This document shows, piece by piece, positions 30,621 to 39,126 of a stretch of 64,000 nt of DNA. The stretch is from Candidatus Ozemobacteraceae bacterium (lineage in GTDB: Bacteria; Muiribacteriota; Ozemobacteria; Ozemobacterales; Ozemobacteraceae), in the NCBI GenBank assembly GCA_965140445.1, contig OZ223236.1, positions 864,001-928,000 on the forward strand, given 5' to 3'. Position numbers and translations under genes: made by a program. Numbering within the stretch: the first letter of the stretch is position 1; each line of letters starts with the position of its first letter. A model generated the notes under the pieces. It saw only the letters and a list, made by a program, of their open reading frames with translations. It was not told where the DNA came from and did no database searches.

Positions 30621-31237
30621 TCCAGGATGCCTCCCCATTCAACAGCAACAAAACCGGATCTTTTTGGGGTAGTTATCCGGGGAGGTAAAAGCTTGGTTGG
30701 GGCGGTAGTTTCTTTAAAGTAAAAAAGTGCTCTGATAAGAGTGTCCGGTTTGGGGTTGATTTCCAGCCCCAGCTTTTTATTTATAAAGTTTTCCGGCATT
30801 AGAAACACGTCGTAAGTCTCATGTTTGTTCAGTTGTTTTAGCCAGTAACTCTTAAAATCACTGATTTCGATTTCATTGAATCCAAGTTTCTTGAGAGTGT
30901 TGTTCATCCAGGGTTCCAGGTCGGCTTTTTTTACTGTCCACCCGTTTTCAGGAATGGATGAAACAATCAGGTCGGCTTCATAAAAAAGATGCGGGAAAGT
31001 TGCATTTCCGAACAATAATTTTCCATCAGGATTTGCGATAAGCTCCCAGCTTTCGTCGTAATCTGGAATTGCCGAAGATAATTTCCCGTCAATGTTGAGT
31101 TTTACAGAAACCTTCTGTTGTGAAACGGGATACAGGTAAAGCACCGGTTCTCTTGCTTTGCGGAAATTTGGTGCTGCAATCATGGCGAAAAAAATCCCTA
31201 AAAAAGCAGCAAGAATATCAAGACTGTTAATTTTCAT
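30617..31237 (-). CDS. Membrane-anchored protein of the uncharacterised (K)PVxYLYP...EWGG family with a pilin-like N-terminus
   Basis: PVLYLYP, LFYEA, LGFNEIEISDFKSYW, PKPDTLIR and GFVAVEWGG. Confidence 0.65.
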   Translation of the reverse strand: MKINSLDILAAFLGIFFAMIAAPNFRKAREPVLYLYPVSQQKVSVKLNIDGKLSSAIPDYDESWELIANPDGKLLFGNATFPHLFYEADLIVSSIPENGWTVKKADLEPWMNNTLKKLGFNEIEISDFKSYWLKQLNKHETYDVFLMPENFINKKLGLEINPKPDTLIRALFYFKETTAPTKLLPPRITTPKRSGFVAVEWGGILE

Positions 31238-31272
31238 AGCTGTCTCCAGCGCCTGGTTTTTGTGGCTCTTAT

Positions 31273-31680
31273 TTAGATTCCGGGAAGAATAAATCTAATT
31301 CCAACATTCAACACTGCCAACAGAAAAGAAGCTATGAAGGCAGTAACCACCGAATCCATCTCGAAGTCCTGCATTAATTTGTCGATGATGATCAGAAGAA
31401 TAGCGGAAACTCCAAAAACGGTAATGAATGTGGACACAAGAAGCCCACTAGCTGCAAGTATTGGCCCGATAAGTGGAATAAAAGCCAGTATCGTAAGGGC
31501 TAGTCCAATTACAGCGGCTATAGGGATCATAAAAAAGCCAAGAACTGCCATTAAAACGCTGTAAGACGCAGAAATTGCCAGGGCAGTGCCGTCATTTTTT
31601 ATGCGAAAGCCGGGCAAAATTTTTGAAATCAGAAAAAAGACTACTGAATTTATTATCAGGGTTACAATAGCGCTTATCAT
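31273..31680 (-). CDS. 4-TM membrane protein, YvlD/holin-superfamily-like
   Basis: ILPGFRI, MQDFEMDSVVTAFIAS and a GGAGG RBS before ATG 31680. Confidence 0.7.
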   Translation of the reverse strand: MISAIVTLIINSVVFFLISKILPGFRIKNDGTALAISASYSVLMAVLGFFMIPIAAVIGLALTILAFIPLIGPILAASGLLVSTFITVFGVSAILLIIIDKLMQDFEMDSVVTAFIASFLLAVLNVGIRFILPGI

Positions 31681-31799
31681 TAAAACTCCTCCCAAAGAAA
31701 TCCTTTACATATTCTATATTATTTGCACGAAAAAGTCACAAATGCTGTTTTTTTAAGTTTTCAGGAGGTAAGTTCAGGGTGAGCTTTGGCTCTGGAGGT

Positions 31800-32444
31800 C
31801 TACTTTTTTACGAGTTGTTTATAAATCTGCTGTTCTGGATAGAGCTCGAATAGTTCAGCAAATCTTTTGATGGCTGGAATATTTGCCAGGAACAGGTTTG
31901 CGGCGTTTTCGGTTATTATCAGCGTTTGTTCCAGGCTGAAAATTTCTTTGAATTCTGTTGCCAGGCGGGGATGTCGACCAAGTTTCCCTCCAACCAGAAT
32001 TCGAAAACCTATGTCGCTTTTTTTTATGGTTCCAGAGCCACAAACGTCGGCGCACTTTGAGCAAAACAGGCATTTTTCTTTGGAAATGGTTGGTTGTTCT
32101 TTTTCGCAGCTTATGGCTTTCTCCTGACAGATTTTCGCGCAAGCCATGCATTTTGAACAAGGATTGTTTGTTACTTCTACGGGGCCTGCAAATATAATTC
32201 CAATATCGGCAATGTGCGGCATTGAGCAACCGTTGGGACAGCAGGATATGGCCAGTTTAAACTGTTTATGGCGTTGTATGTTGCCTGAATAAGCCTTTTG
32301 AAAAATCTCATTGAATTGAATTCTCTCGAAGACTTTTTCCACACCTTGTTTTAGCTCTAAGCTGGGGCCAACGGCCGAAGGACAGCCGGTTAAGCCTCTG
32401 CAGATGTTTATAGAGTATGGTTCCATTTTTCTGGTATCTGACAC
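31800..32444 (-). CDS. Nitrite/sulfite reductase 4Fe-4S domain plus ferredoxin protein (short AsrC-like)
   Basis: FKLAISCCPNGC, two CxxCxxCxxxC motifs and VGGKLGRHPRLA. Confidence 0.8.
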   Translation of the reverse strand: MSDTRKMEPYSINICRGLTGCPSAVGPSLELKQGVEKVFERIQFNEIFQKAYSGNIQRHKQFKLAISCCPNGCSMPHIADIGIIFAGPVEVTNNPCSKCMACAKICQEKAISCEKEQPTISKEKCLFCSKCADVCGSGTIKKSDIGFRILVGGKLGRHPRLATEFKEIFSLEQTLIITENAANLFLANIPAIKRFAELFELYPEQQIYKQLVKK

Positions 32445-32523
32445 ACGTAAGCCCTTTTTTTGTTGTTTTAAAAAGATATTGTGAACTTAAAATTTAGCAA
32501 GTTTTAACATCCGACAGAAAAAA

Positions 32524-32551
32524 TAAACATTCTGAGGTTTTCGCAGTATTA
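32524..32551 (+). promoter_or_regulatory. ECF-sigma-like promoter, copy 1
   Basis: TAAAC-N16-AGTATTA upstream of the 32584 gene. Confidence 0.6.
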
Positions 32552-32583
32552 ACTAAAAACTCAAAGAGAAAATTGGAGATTCT

Positions 32584-33807
32584 ATGTTGAAGTGGAAAGT
32601 TGTTTTGATTTCATTTGTTTTAATTCTTTGTCAGCCCGTTCTTGCCAATTCGCCCTTTAATGAAAAGGCTTTAGTGAAAATTGGAAATTCAAGTAACTCG
32701 GGTTTGAGCGGCTCTATTTCTGGCACAGTATCTACAAATGGCGCTAATCTTAACGTAAGGACTGGTCCATGGGCTACGATTGTCGGGAAATTAGCTGACA
32801 AAAGTAAAGTTCAAATAGTGGCCCAGAGCGGTGATTGGTTTAAAATAAATTATGGGGGAAAAATCAGGTATATACATAAAAACTATGTTTCCATAAACAG
32901 TTCTAAAGCTGCTTCAGCGCCGAAATCTTCCGTTGGTTATGTAAAAGTATCAACTGTGCTGAATGTGAGAACTGGGCCGTGGGGCAGAATAATTGGTAAG
33001 CTAAAAAATAATAGCAAGGTTACCATCGTTGGTAAATCTGGAAACTGGTTAAAGATTAGCTACAATGGAAGAGTGGCCTTTATTCATAAAGATTATGTCT
33101 CAACAAAAGCGCGGGCTTCAAACCCAAGCTCATCTTCTTTTTCAGCTTATGTGAATGTTCCCACTTCTTTAAATGTAAGAACGGAGCCTTGGGGGAAAAT
33201 AATTGGAAGTTTAAAGAACAATGACAAAGTAACTGTTGTTGGGAAGTCTGGCGATTGGTATAAAGTTAAATTCAATGGAAGAACTTCTTTTATTCATTCC
33301 AAATATGTTTCAAAAAACAAAAGCTCTGCTTCATCAGGCCGTTCATCTGGAAGTAGTTTGGTAAAAAGTCCTGCAAGCGGAAGTGTTGCTCAAAAAGTTG
33401 CAGCTGCAGCGCAAAATCTGGTGACAAAATATAAGACTAGTGGGTCCTTTCCTTATGCCGCAGCTACTCAAGGGGGGAGGCTCGGGTGTGCCCAGGTTGT
33501 TTCAACTGCTTTGATGGCTGCTGGTGTGAATACCGGAATTCAACTTGGCGTATTAGCTACTATATCAAAACTTAAAAATCTTGGCTGGAAAGAAGTCAGG
33601 GTCCCACCATACCGGGCAGGAGATGTTATAACCTGGAAAACTTATGATAGATCAGGCGATGGGATAAAAGATTCCGACACTCATATCGGTGTTATACTTA
33701 CTAATGGGAATAGTGCGCAGGCGATGAATAACTCATCAACAAGAAAAAAGCCGGTAATTAATTCAGCAACAGTCTATCCAATTAGTCGGGTCCTGAGAAA
33801 AGACTAG
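32584..33807 (+). CDS. Secreted 3xSH3b + NlpC/P60-like cysteine peptidoglycan hydrolase
   Basis: Signal peptide, three LNVRT(G/E)PW...W(F/L/Y)K repeats, and C-terminal GCAQVVS...AGDVI...HIGV. Confidence 0.8.
   Translation: MLKWKVVLISFVLILCQPVLANSPFNEKALVKIGNSSNSGLSGSISGTVSTNGANLNVRTGPWATIVGKLADKSKVQIVAQSGDWFKINYGGKIRYIHKNYVSINSSKAASAPKSSVGYVKVSTVLNVRTGPWGRIIGKLKNNSKVTIVGKSGNWLKISYNGRVAFIHKDYVSTKARASNPSSSSFSAYVNVPTSLNVRTEPWGKIIGSLKNNDKVTVVGKSGDWYKVKFNGRTSFIHSKYVSKNKSSASSGRSSGSSLVKSPASGSVAQKVAAAAQNLVTKYKTSGSFPYAAATQGGRLGCAQVVSTALMAAGVNTGIQLGVLATISKLKNLGWKEVRVPPYRAGDVITWKTYDRSGDGIKDSDTHIGVILTNGNSAQAMNNSSTRKKPVINSATVYPISRVLRKD
32719..33315 (+). repeat. Three intragenic SH3b-encoding repeats
   Basis: Three diverged copies of LNVRxxPW...IHxxYVS. 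Boundaries are approximate. Confidence 0.8.
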
Positions 33808-33830
33808 ATACGAAACTAGTTAGAACAGTT

Positions 33831-33879
33831 AAAGCACGCCTCTTGCCAAAAAGTTTTTTGAAAAGAGGCGTGCTTTTTT
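33831..33879. terminator. Intrinsic terminator
   Basis: AAAGCACGCCTCTT...AAGAGGCGTGCTTT plus a T-tract. Confidence 0.8.
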
Positions 33880-34122
33880 ATTTTTAATTGGAAAGGATTT
33901 GGCTGTGGTTTGCGAAATAAGCGTATTTCTGATGCCAGTTTTAGGGATGTATAAAGTTGTATGTGCGTTGCTTGCTTATTTGAAAATGAAAACTGAATGC
34001 CATTTGGTTGCATCTTTTTGAGAAATACTGGTTTGATTTGTTTTCCTGAGCAAAACAAAATTCAGTGCTTTAAGAAAGAAAGGGAGTCAGCTAATTTAAA
34101 ATGTTACTGCTTTGAACTTCGA

Positions 34123-35415
34123 TCAATTCTTTTTTACTTCTTGAATCAATTTTTTGGAATTGAGAAGGTAAAAATTTTTCTCGATTTTCACTAGTGGGTT
34201 TAGTTTTTTCCATTTTGTGCAATAGTTTGGAGATGCTCCTTCGAAAGTCACAAAAAGGCTTGCTCCATCGAACTCAAGATCTTCTGAGCCGGCTGGAAGA
34301 GAGAACGTTTTCCAGTTAACCTTGTCTGCAAGTACATAGCCATCAACTGAGAACGTTTTGTCTTTAGATGGGGAATATTCTATCCTGTTAGCCTTTGAGT
34401 TCAGAGGAGATTTGTAAATAGCGAGTTTAGAGTTTGCCGCTCCATAAGAAATGCTCAATGCAATGTGGTTGTTAAATACAGCCATTCCTTGAACGGATTC
34501 TCTGCAGCAAATTACCTTATCAGGTTTATTGCCTCTTCTGCTTTTTCCTCCAGCTACAAAATTATACTCGATGCAGCTGGTTGGAAATCCATCGTCGTTA
34601 ACTTTGTATCCCGCAATCCATGTTTCTTTTTTCCATGGATTTGTTTTGTGGTGTTTTATAGGTTGATAGGATTTATTGGATGACTTTACGAAATCGCCTG
34701 TCCATAGACATTCGCCATCGAAGCTTAGATAGCTGGCTGAAGAGTCAACTTTGAAGACTTTTATTGAAGCTATTTCTTTTGTTGGAATTTGAAATGAGGC
34801 AGGGCTGATTTTTTTTATGTCTACCTTGTTTGGGTTGCTTGATAAAAGGCCGAGAATATCATTCAAATCAAAGCCGGTTAGTTGGTATCCCGAGGCTACC
34901 CATATTGTGTTGCCTGCTATTGCAATTCCTCCAGCGTGTCCTTTGTATGCCTTAGTGGAAGAAAAAAACAATGGAAATCTGGCAATTGCTTTGCCTGTAT
35001 CCAGATTGATAGCTACGAGTTGAGAGGGATGGTTGGTGTATTCGGTTTTAGGATAATATGATAGTAGGGCAACGTTTTTAAACGCGCATTTTGATCCTTT
35101 GAGCTTTTTTTGTGGAATATGGCATATGCCCTGGCAGACAAAATTTTTATTTTCGTGCCCTGGAATTTTGAAAGATTTATCTATCAGTTGTTTTTCGTTC
35201 GAATTTTTTCCAATGCTCCGAATTTTTGCAAAAAGCTTTGTGGTTTTTCTTTTTAGGGCTTCCAGTATTTTTGCTCCAAGTTTTTTCTCGGTTTCTGAGT
35301 CATTGCTGGCATTGGATTCGGCTGGTATGACGCTTGTTTCCTTAAACGGTGAGCTGGAAAAGGCGGGGAAACAAATGGAAAACGTGAGAATGACGGCAAA
35401 AATGATTTTTTTCAT
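34123..35415 (-). CDS. Secreted protein, probable beta-propeller
   Basis: Signal peptide and blade-like motifs VCQGIC, GHAGGIA...IWVA, SVQGMAV and GSEDLEFDG. ATG 35415 chosen as start. Confidence 0.6.
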   Translation of the reverse strand: MKKIIFAVILTFSICFPAFSSSPFKETSVIPAESNASNDSETEKKLGAKILEALKRKTTKLFAKIRSIGKNSNEKQLIDKSFKIPGHENKNFVCQGICHIPQKKLKGSKCAFKNVALLSYYPKTEYTNHPSQLVAINLDTGKAIARFPLFFSSTKAYKGHAGGIAIAGNTIWVASGYQLTGFDLNDILGLLSSNPNKVDIKKISPASFQIPTKEIASIKVFKVDSSASYLSFDGECLWTGDFVKSSNKSYQPIKHHKTNPWKKETWIAGYKVNDDGFPTSCIEYNFVAGGKSRRGNKPDKVICCRESVQGMAVFNNHIALSISYGAANSKLAIYKSPLNSKANRIEYSPSKDKTFSVDGYVLADKVNWKTFSLPAGSEDLEFDGASLFVTFEGASPNYCTKWKKLNPLVKIEKNFYLLNSKKLIQEVKKN

Positions 35416-35456
35416 TGGCACCCTTTAATCTTAAAATTTGGGATCTCTTTAAATAA

Positions 35457-35484
35457 ATTTACGAAAAAAAATCAAATATGTTTA
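35457..35484 (-). promoter_or_regulatory. ECF-sigma-like promoter, copy 2
   Basis: Minus strand TAAAC-N16-CGTAAAT. Confidence 0.55.
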
Positions 35485-35636
35485 TTTAAATTGAAAATGT
35501 TGAACTAATTTTATTTATTTATTTTTTTATGCAAAATATTGGTGAAAATTATTATTCAAGTCCTTTTTTTAAAACCTTTTTAAATAAAAGAAGGATTTTG
35601 TGAATGGAAAAAAATGCAAGATTTTTTACAAAATAA

Positions 35637-35664
35637 AAAACTAATACGATTTTTCAACGTATAA
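35637..35664 (+). promoter_or_regulatory. ECF-sigma-like promoter, copy 3
   Basis: AAAAC-N16-CGTATAA upstream of the pilin operon. Confidence 0.6.
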
Positions 35665-35765
35665 GTAACAAGAAATATGCTAAATTTTTAGAGGTAAGAT
35701 TGAAAATATAAGGCATCGAAACTTTAAATTTAGCATAAAAAATTTAAATTCGGGTTAGAAGTATT

Positions 35766-36305
35766 ATGCGAAAAAAAGGATACAGTCTTGTTGAAATCGT
35801 TATTGTTGCAGGCATTGCCTCTCTTTTTGCCTCTATGGTTTTCAGATTTTATGCTCAATCGAATAAGAGCCAGGTGGTGCTTATTGAAGGGCTTCAGCTA
35901 CAATCAAGTGTTGTTAGTGGTGTGAACAAAACAATGAGAGAAATCAGGTCTGGCATTTCTTTTATTGTTCCAGAGCTTGATGAGTCTATTGGCGCCATCG
36001 TTTTTACTGACAACGAAAACAATTTTAAAGCAATTTATGCTCTAGAAAATGAAGCGTTAACCAAACGTGAGTCTACTCCTATTTACGACTTGTTTTGTTA
36101 CACCACAAATACTGAAACTTATGATGTTTTTTCCCCAGTATACGACATTAAGCAATTAAAGCTTCTTTGTTCAGACATTAAAAACATAAGCTTTCGATTA
36201 AGTAGTGCTAGAGCTGTATCTGCGGATTTTGTTTTTCAGCGCAATGGAAAAGAATTTCAGGTTGTAGCAGAGGGAGCTTTGATGAATATCGGGGGTGCCC
36301 AATGA
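35766..36305 (+). CDS. Minor pilin/pseudopilin (PilW/GspJ-like)
   Basis: Class III signal MRKKG|YSLVEIVIV with E5. Confidence 0.85.
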   Translation: MRKKGYSLVEIVIVAGIASLFASMVFRFYAQSNKSQVVLIEGLQLQSSVVSGVNKTMREIRSGISFIVPELDESIGAIVFTDNENNFKAIYALENEALTKRESTPIYDLFCYTTNTETYDVFSPVYDIKQLKLLCSDIKNISFRLSSARAVSADFVFQRNGKEFQVVAEGALMNIGGAQ

Positions 36306-38116
36306 AATTAGATAAACGAGGTCTGACTCTTCTTGAATTTACTGTTGGTCTTTTCTTAATTGGGGGAGCAATTGTAATTTATCTTCAAACAATCGAAAGT
36401 TCTCGCAAAAAAAATCATTTTTTTTCAGAGCACTTTATAGCTTCAATTCTTGCAGCCAAAACTATTGAAACAACCTACCAGGAAACTGAAATAAATCCCT
36501 ATGGTCTGGAAGCGCTTGGCCTTGTGGACAAGAATTCAAAACCTTTCCAATTTTCTTCCTTAATAACAGATGGGCAGACAGTTTTCTTTAAATATCCAGA
36601 AATTACTAAAAAACTGACGCCCGGGCTTTTTAGCTTTGTGGATAATGATTTTCAACTAGTTATAGCCACAAGCCTCGGAAAAGACAATAAAAACTTTTTT
36701 GTAGACACTTCATTTAAGTGGCCAGCGCCTACAGGTGTGGGCAACTTTTCCTATAAAACTCTTTTTCCAAGTTTCACTCTTAAAAAAGAGGCCTATACAA
36801 ACTTTGCTCTCCCAGATGATCAATTAGAAAAAAAGGTTGTAGAGAGAATTTTTGAAGAAAAAAACAAAAGTATTGGAACCATAATTAGCTCCCCATTAGC
36901 TGCAAAAGTGGCTTTAAGCACGGGACAGATTTATTTTTCGATCGTAGGCCTTCTTTGTTCACCTGAGTTTGAATCCAACTACCAAAAGGCAGTGAAGTGT
37001 AGCAAATTACCGCTTTCACCAACATCTGAAGATTTTGCAGCTGGAACAGAAGCTTACTTTAAGGTAGCGAGAGATATTGTTGATTTGATGCTTTATCTGA
37101 AACCACACATTGAAAATATTAAGACTAATATGAAAACTATTTCTTCCCTGGATCTTAGAAAAAAATCACGTTTAGAGACTTTCATGTACAAAGCTGGGCA
37201 CAGTCTCGATAAGCTACGTCAGGTTTTCTTTATATGTTTGAATGACGCTGCCAGTAGATACAATGAGCAGATAAAAGAAAGCGAAGACTCTTCGAAGCAA
37301 AGATTTCAGATTGAAAGATGTTTTAATTTGCATAGAATCCTTTACACCTGCAAGAGTTTTTGTAGTGGAGTTTTCTCGTCAGCAAATTCCGCTTTGGTGA
37401 TAGAGAAAGAATATATGGATTTTTTAGCTTCTATTGAAAAATATTTTGAAAACAGAGACCCCGCCATTTATCGACTGGCTAACCAGGAAAAAAAGTTTGC
37501 AAAGAAAAATGAGCTTAAGAAGCGATATTTTACCTGCAAACTAATTTTTGATTTGTTCAAGGTTTCTGAGGAATTGAGAAAGATTCTCCCACCTCCTGCA
37601 GAAGGAGATTTTTATAAAGCCTCGGTGATAGGTAAGGAATCTGGTGATGGAACAGTCGCTGGAGCTGTTACCTGGGCACGAGACCAGATGGCTGGCGGCA
37701 CCAGGAAGGGTAGAAATTCCAATAACGGAATGACATCAAAGGATCCTAAAGCATGGAATGACTGGTGTCTTGCGTTTGTAGCCACAGCCTATGGACGTGA
37801 AAATGAGGGGCTTCGGGCTATTAGTGCTGCAGATGCTTTAGAGGGATTTTTGAGCAAAGGAAAAATAACTAATGATAAAAATCCCCCGGCTGGGGCAATC
37901 ATGTTTTCAGATAAATCACCAGCAAATCCATACGGACACATTTTTATAGCCACAGGGCAAAAAAATAGTAAGGGAGAACCTATGGTTATAACTTCAGGTT
38001 GGCCGGGGCACGATGGTATTACTGAAATGACTTTGTCGGAGATGATAAAAGTTAACGGGGAAGAGTACTATAAGGGATGGACTCTTCCCAAGGATAAGGA
38101 AGTGAGCAAGCCATGA
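36302..38116 (+). CDS. Prepilin-type protein fused to a C-terminal CHAP-like cysteine hydrolase domain
   Basis: MKLDKRG|LTLLEF signal. The C-terminal WCLAFV...PPAGA...YGHIFIA...GW aligns with the catalytic domain of 41829-43082. Confidence 0.8.
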   Translation: MKLDKRGLTLLEFTVGLFLIGGAIVIYLQTIESSRKKNHFFSEHFIASILAAKTIETTYQETEINPYGLEALGLVDKNSKPFQFSSLITDGQTVFFKYPEITKKLTPGLFSFVDNDFQLVIATSLGKDNKNFFVDTSFKWPAPTGVGNFSYKTLFPSFTLKKEAYTNFALPDDQLEKKVVERIFEEKNKSIGTIISSPLAAKVALSTGQIYFSIVGLLCSPEFESNYQKAVKCSKLPLSPTSEDFAAGTEAYFKVARDIVDLMLYLKPHIENIKTNMKTISSLDLRKKSRLETFMYKAGHSLDKLRQVFFICLNDAASRYNEQIKESEDSSKQRFQIERCFNLHRILYTCKSFCSGVFSSANSALVIEKEYMDFLASIEKYFENRDPAIYRLANQEKKFAKKNELKKRYFTCKLIFDLFKVSEELRKILPPPAEGDFYKASVIGKESGDGTVAGAVTWARDQMAGGTRKGRNSNNGMTSKDPKAWNDWCLAFVATAYGRENEGLRAISAADALEGFLSKGKITNDKNPPAGAIMFSDKSPANPYGHIFIATGQKNSKGEPMVITSGWPGHDGITEMTLSEMIKVNGEEYYKGWTLPKDKEVSKP

Positions 38117-39123
38117 ATTATGGAGTTATGAAAAAGTCGTCTGGGTATGTTTTTCCAACAATTTTGCTTGCCACCTTGGCAATTGGTTTTTTCACAATAA
38201 CTCTCGCAATGCTTCAAAGTTCTCACAAAGACCAGCTAATGCACTTAAATAGTTATCAACGAGCCTTGAATATTGCTACCTCTGTATGTGTAACTCAACT
38301 TGCGGAGCTTAAGGAAAAGCAATGGGAATACAGGTTTTTTAAAGACAAGCCTGTGATAAAAGCGAATCAGGAGCTTTTTAACGGGAAGTATGACTACTGT
38401 ATTGAGGACTACAACCTGGCTAGTAAAACTTTCAATATAAAAGTAAGAGTTAACATTGCTGGTAAAAAAAGCCTTTTCTATTGGCGCTATCAATACATCA
38501 CAAACATGTTAGATTTCTCCAGGCTCGTAATTCCAATTTTTTTCGACCAGTTTCCTGAGGAACTTTTTGATAATACAAAAAAAGGTATTTTAGATGGGAA
38601 AGTTGATAGCCAATTAATAAAACGCGAACAAAATAAAGCTAAGGCCCAAAAAATATCCAAGATTATTCGTAAAGAAAAAACTCCAGCAGAAATTCTTAAA
38701 AAGCTTGGGGCAATACCTGCCAAGGGTGTTGCAGGACTTAAGGACAAAGATTCTGCCCGTTCAGATAAAGATAAAATAGACCTTGTTAAATCCAGTACCC
38801 CTAAAACAGACATCACTAAAGCCGTAAGTGAGCTTAACGATTTGATTTCAAACGTGGACGAGTTAAAATTGCCAGCTATTGGAAGTAACATTGATGAAAG
38901 TTTCCCTATACGCCTCAGAGAAAGCCCTTGGGGAACCTATATCGCAAAAATTCCACCTTCTGCGTCTAATATAAAAGTTTTGTCCATTCAAGGAGACTGG
39001 TTTGAAGTTATTTATAACGGCGTCAGTGGGTATGCTCACATTAATTTTATTGCAGTTCCGGGATATGTTCCGTCTGGGATAGAGCCTCCTTACCCTCCGG
39101 GTGTAGATATGGTTTTAGAGTAA
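38113..39123 (+). CDS. PilX/GspK-like minor pilin with a C-terminal SH3b domain
   Basis: KKSSG|YVFPTILL (no E5) and C-terminal LRESPWG...GDWFEVIYNGVSGYAHINFI. Confidence 0.7.
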   Translation: MNYGVMKKSSGYVFPTILLATLAIGFFTITLAMLQSSHKDQLMHLNSYQRALNIATSVCVTQLAELKEKQWEYRFFKDKPVIKANQELFNGKYDYCIEDYNLASKTFNIKVRVNIAGKKSLFYWRYQYITNMLDFSRLVIPIFFDQFPEELFDNTKKGILDGKVDSQLIKREQNKAKAQKISKIIRKEKTPAEILKKLGAIPAKGVAGLKDKDSARSDKDKIDLVKSSTPKTDITKAVSELNDLISNVDELKLPAIGSNIDESFPIRLRESPWGTYIAKIPPSASNIKVLSIQGDWFEVIYNGVSGYAHINFIAVPGYVPSGIEPPYPPGVDMVLE

Positions 39124-39126
39124 AAA

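Noticed and set aside
31273..33807. Holin-like gene near a wall hydrolase as a prophage lysis cassette
   Set aside because: There are no phage genes, the hydrolase has a Sec signal, and YvlD-like proteins are common chromosomal genes.
35430..35765. Very AT-rich gap as a replication origin or island boundary
   Set aside because: I saw no DnaA-box cluster, att site or tRNA. The gap is explained by divergent promoters.
36407..36425. A8 and T8 homopolymers early in the pilin-CHAP gene as a phase-variation switch
   Set aside because: Runs of this length are common across this AT-rich window, and the frame is intact.
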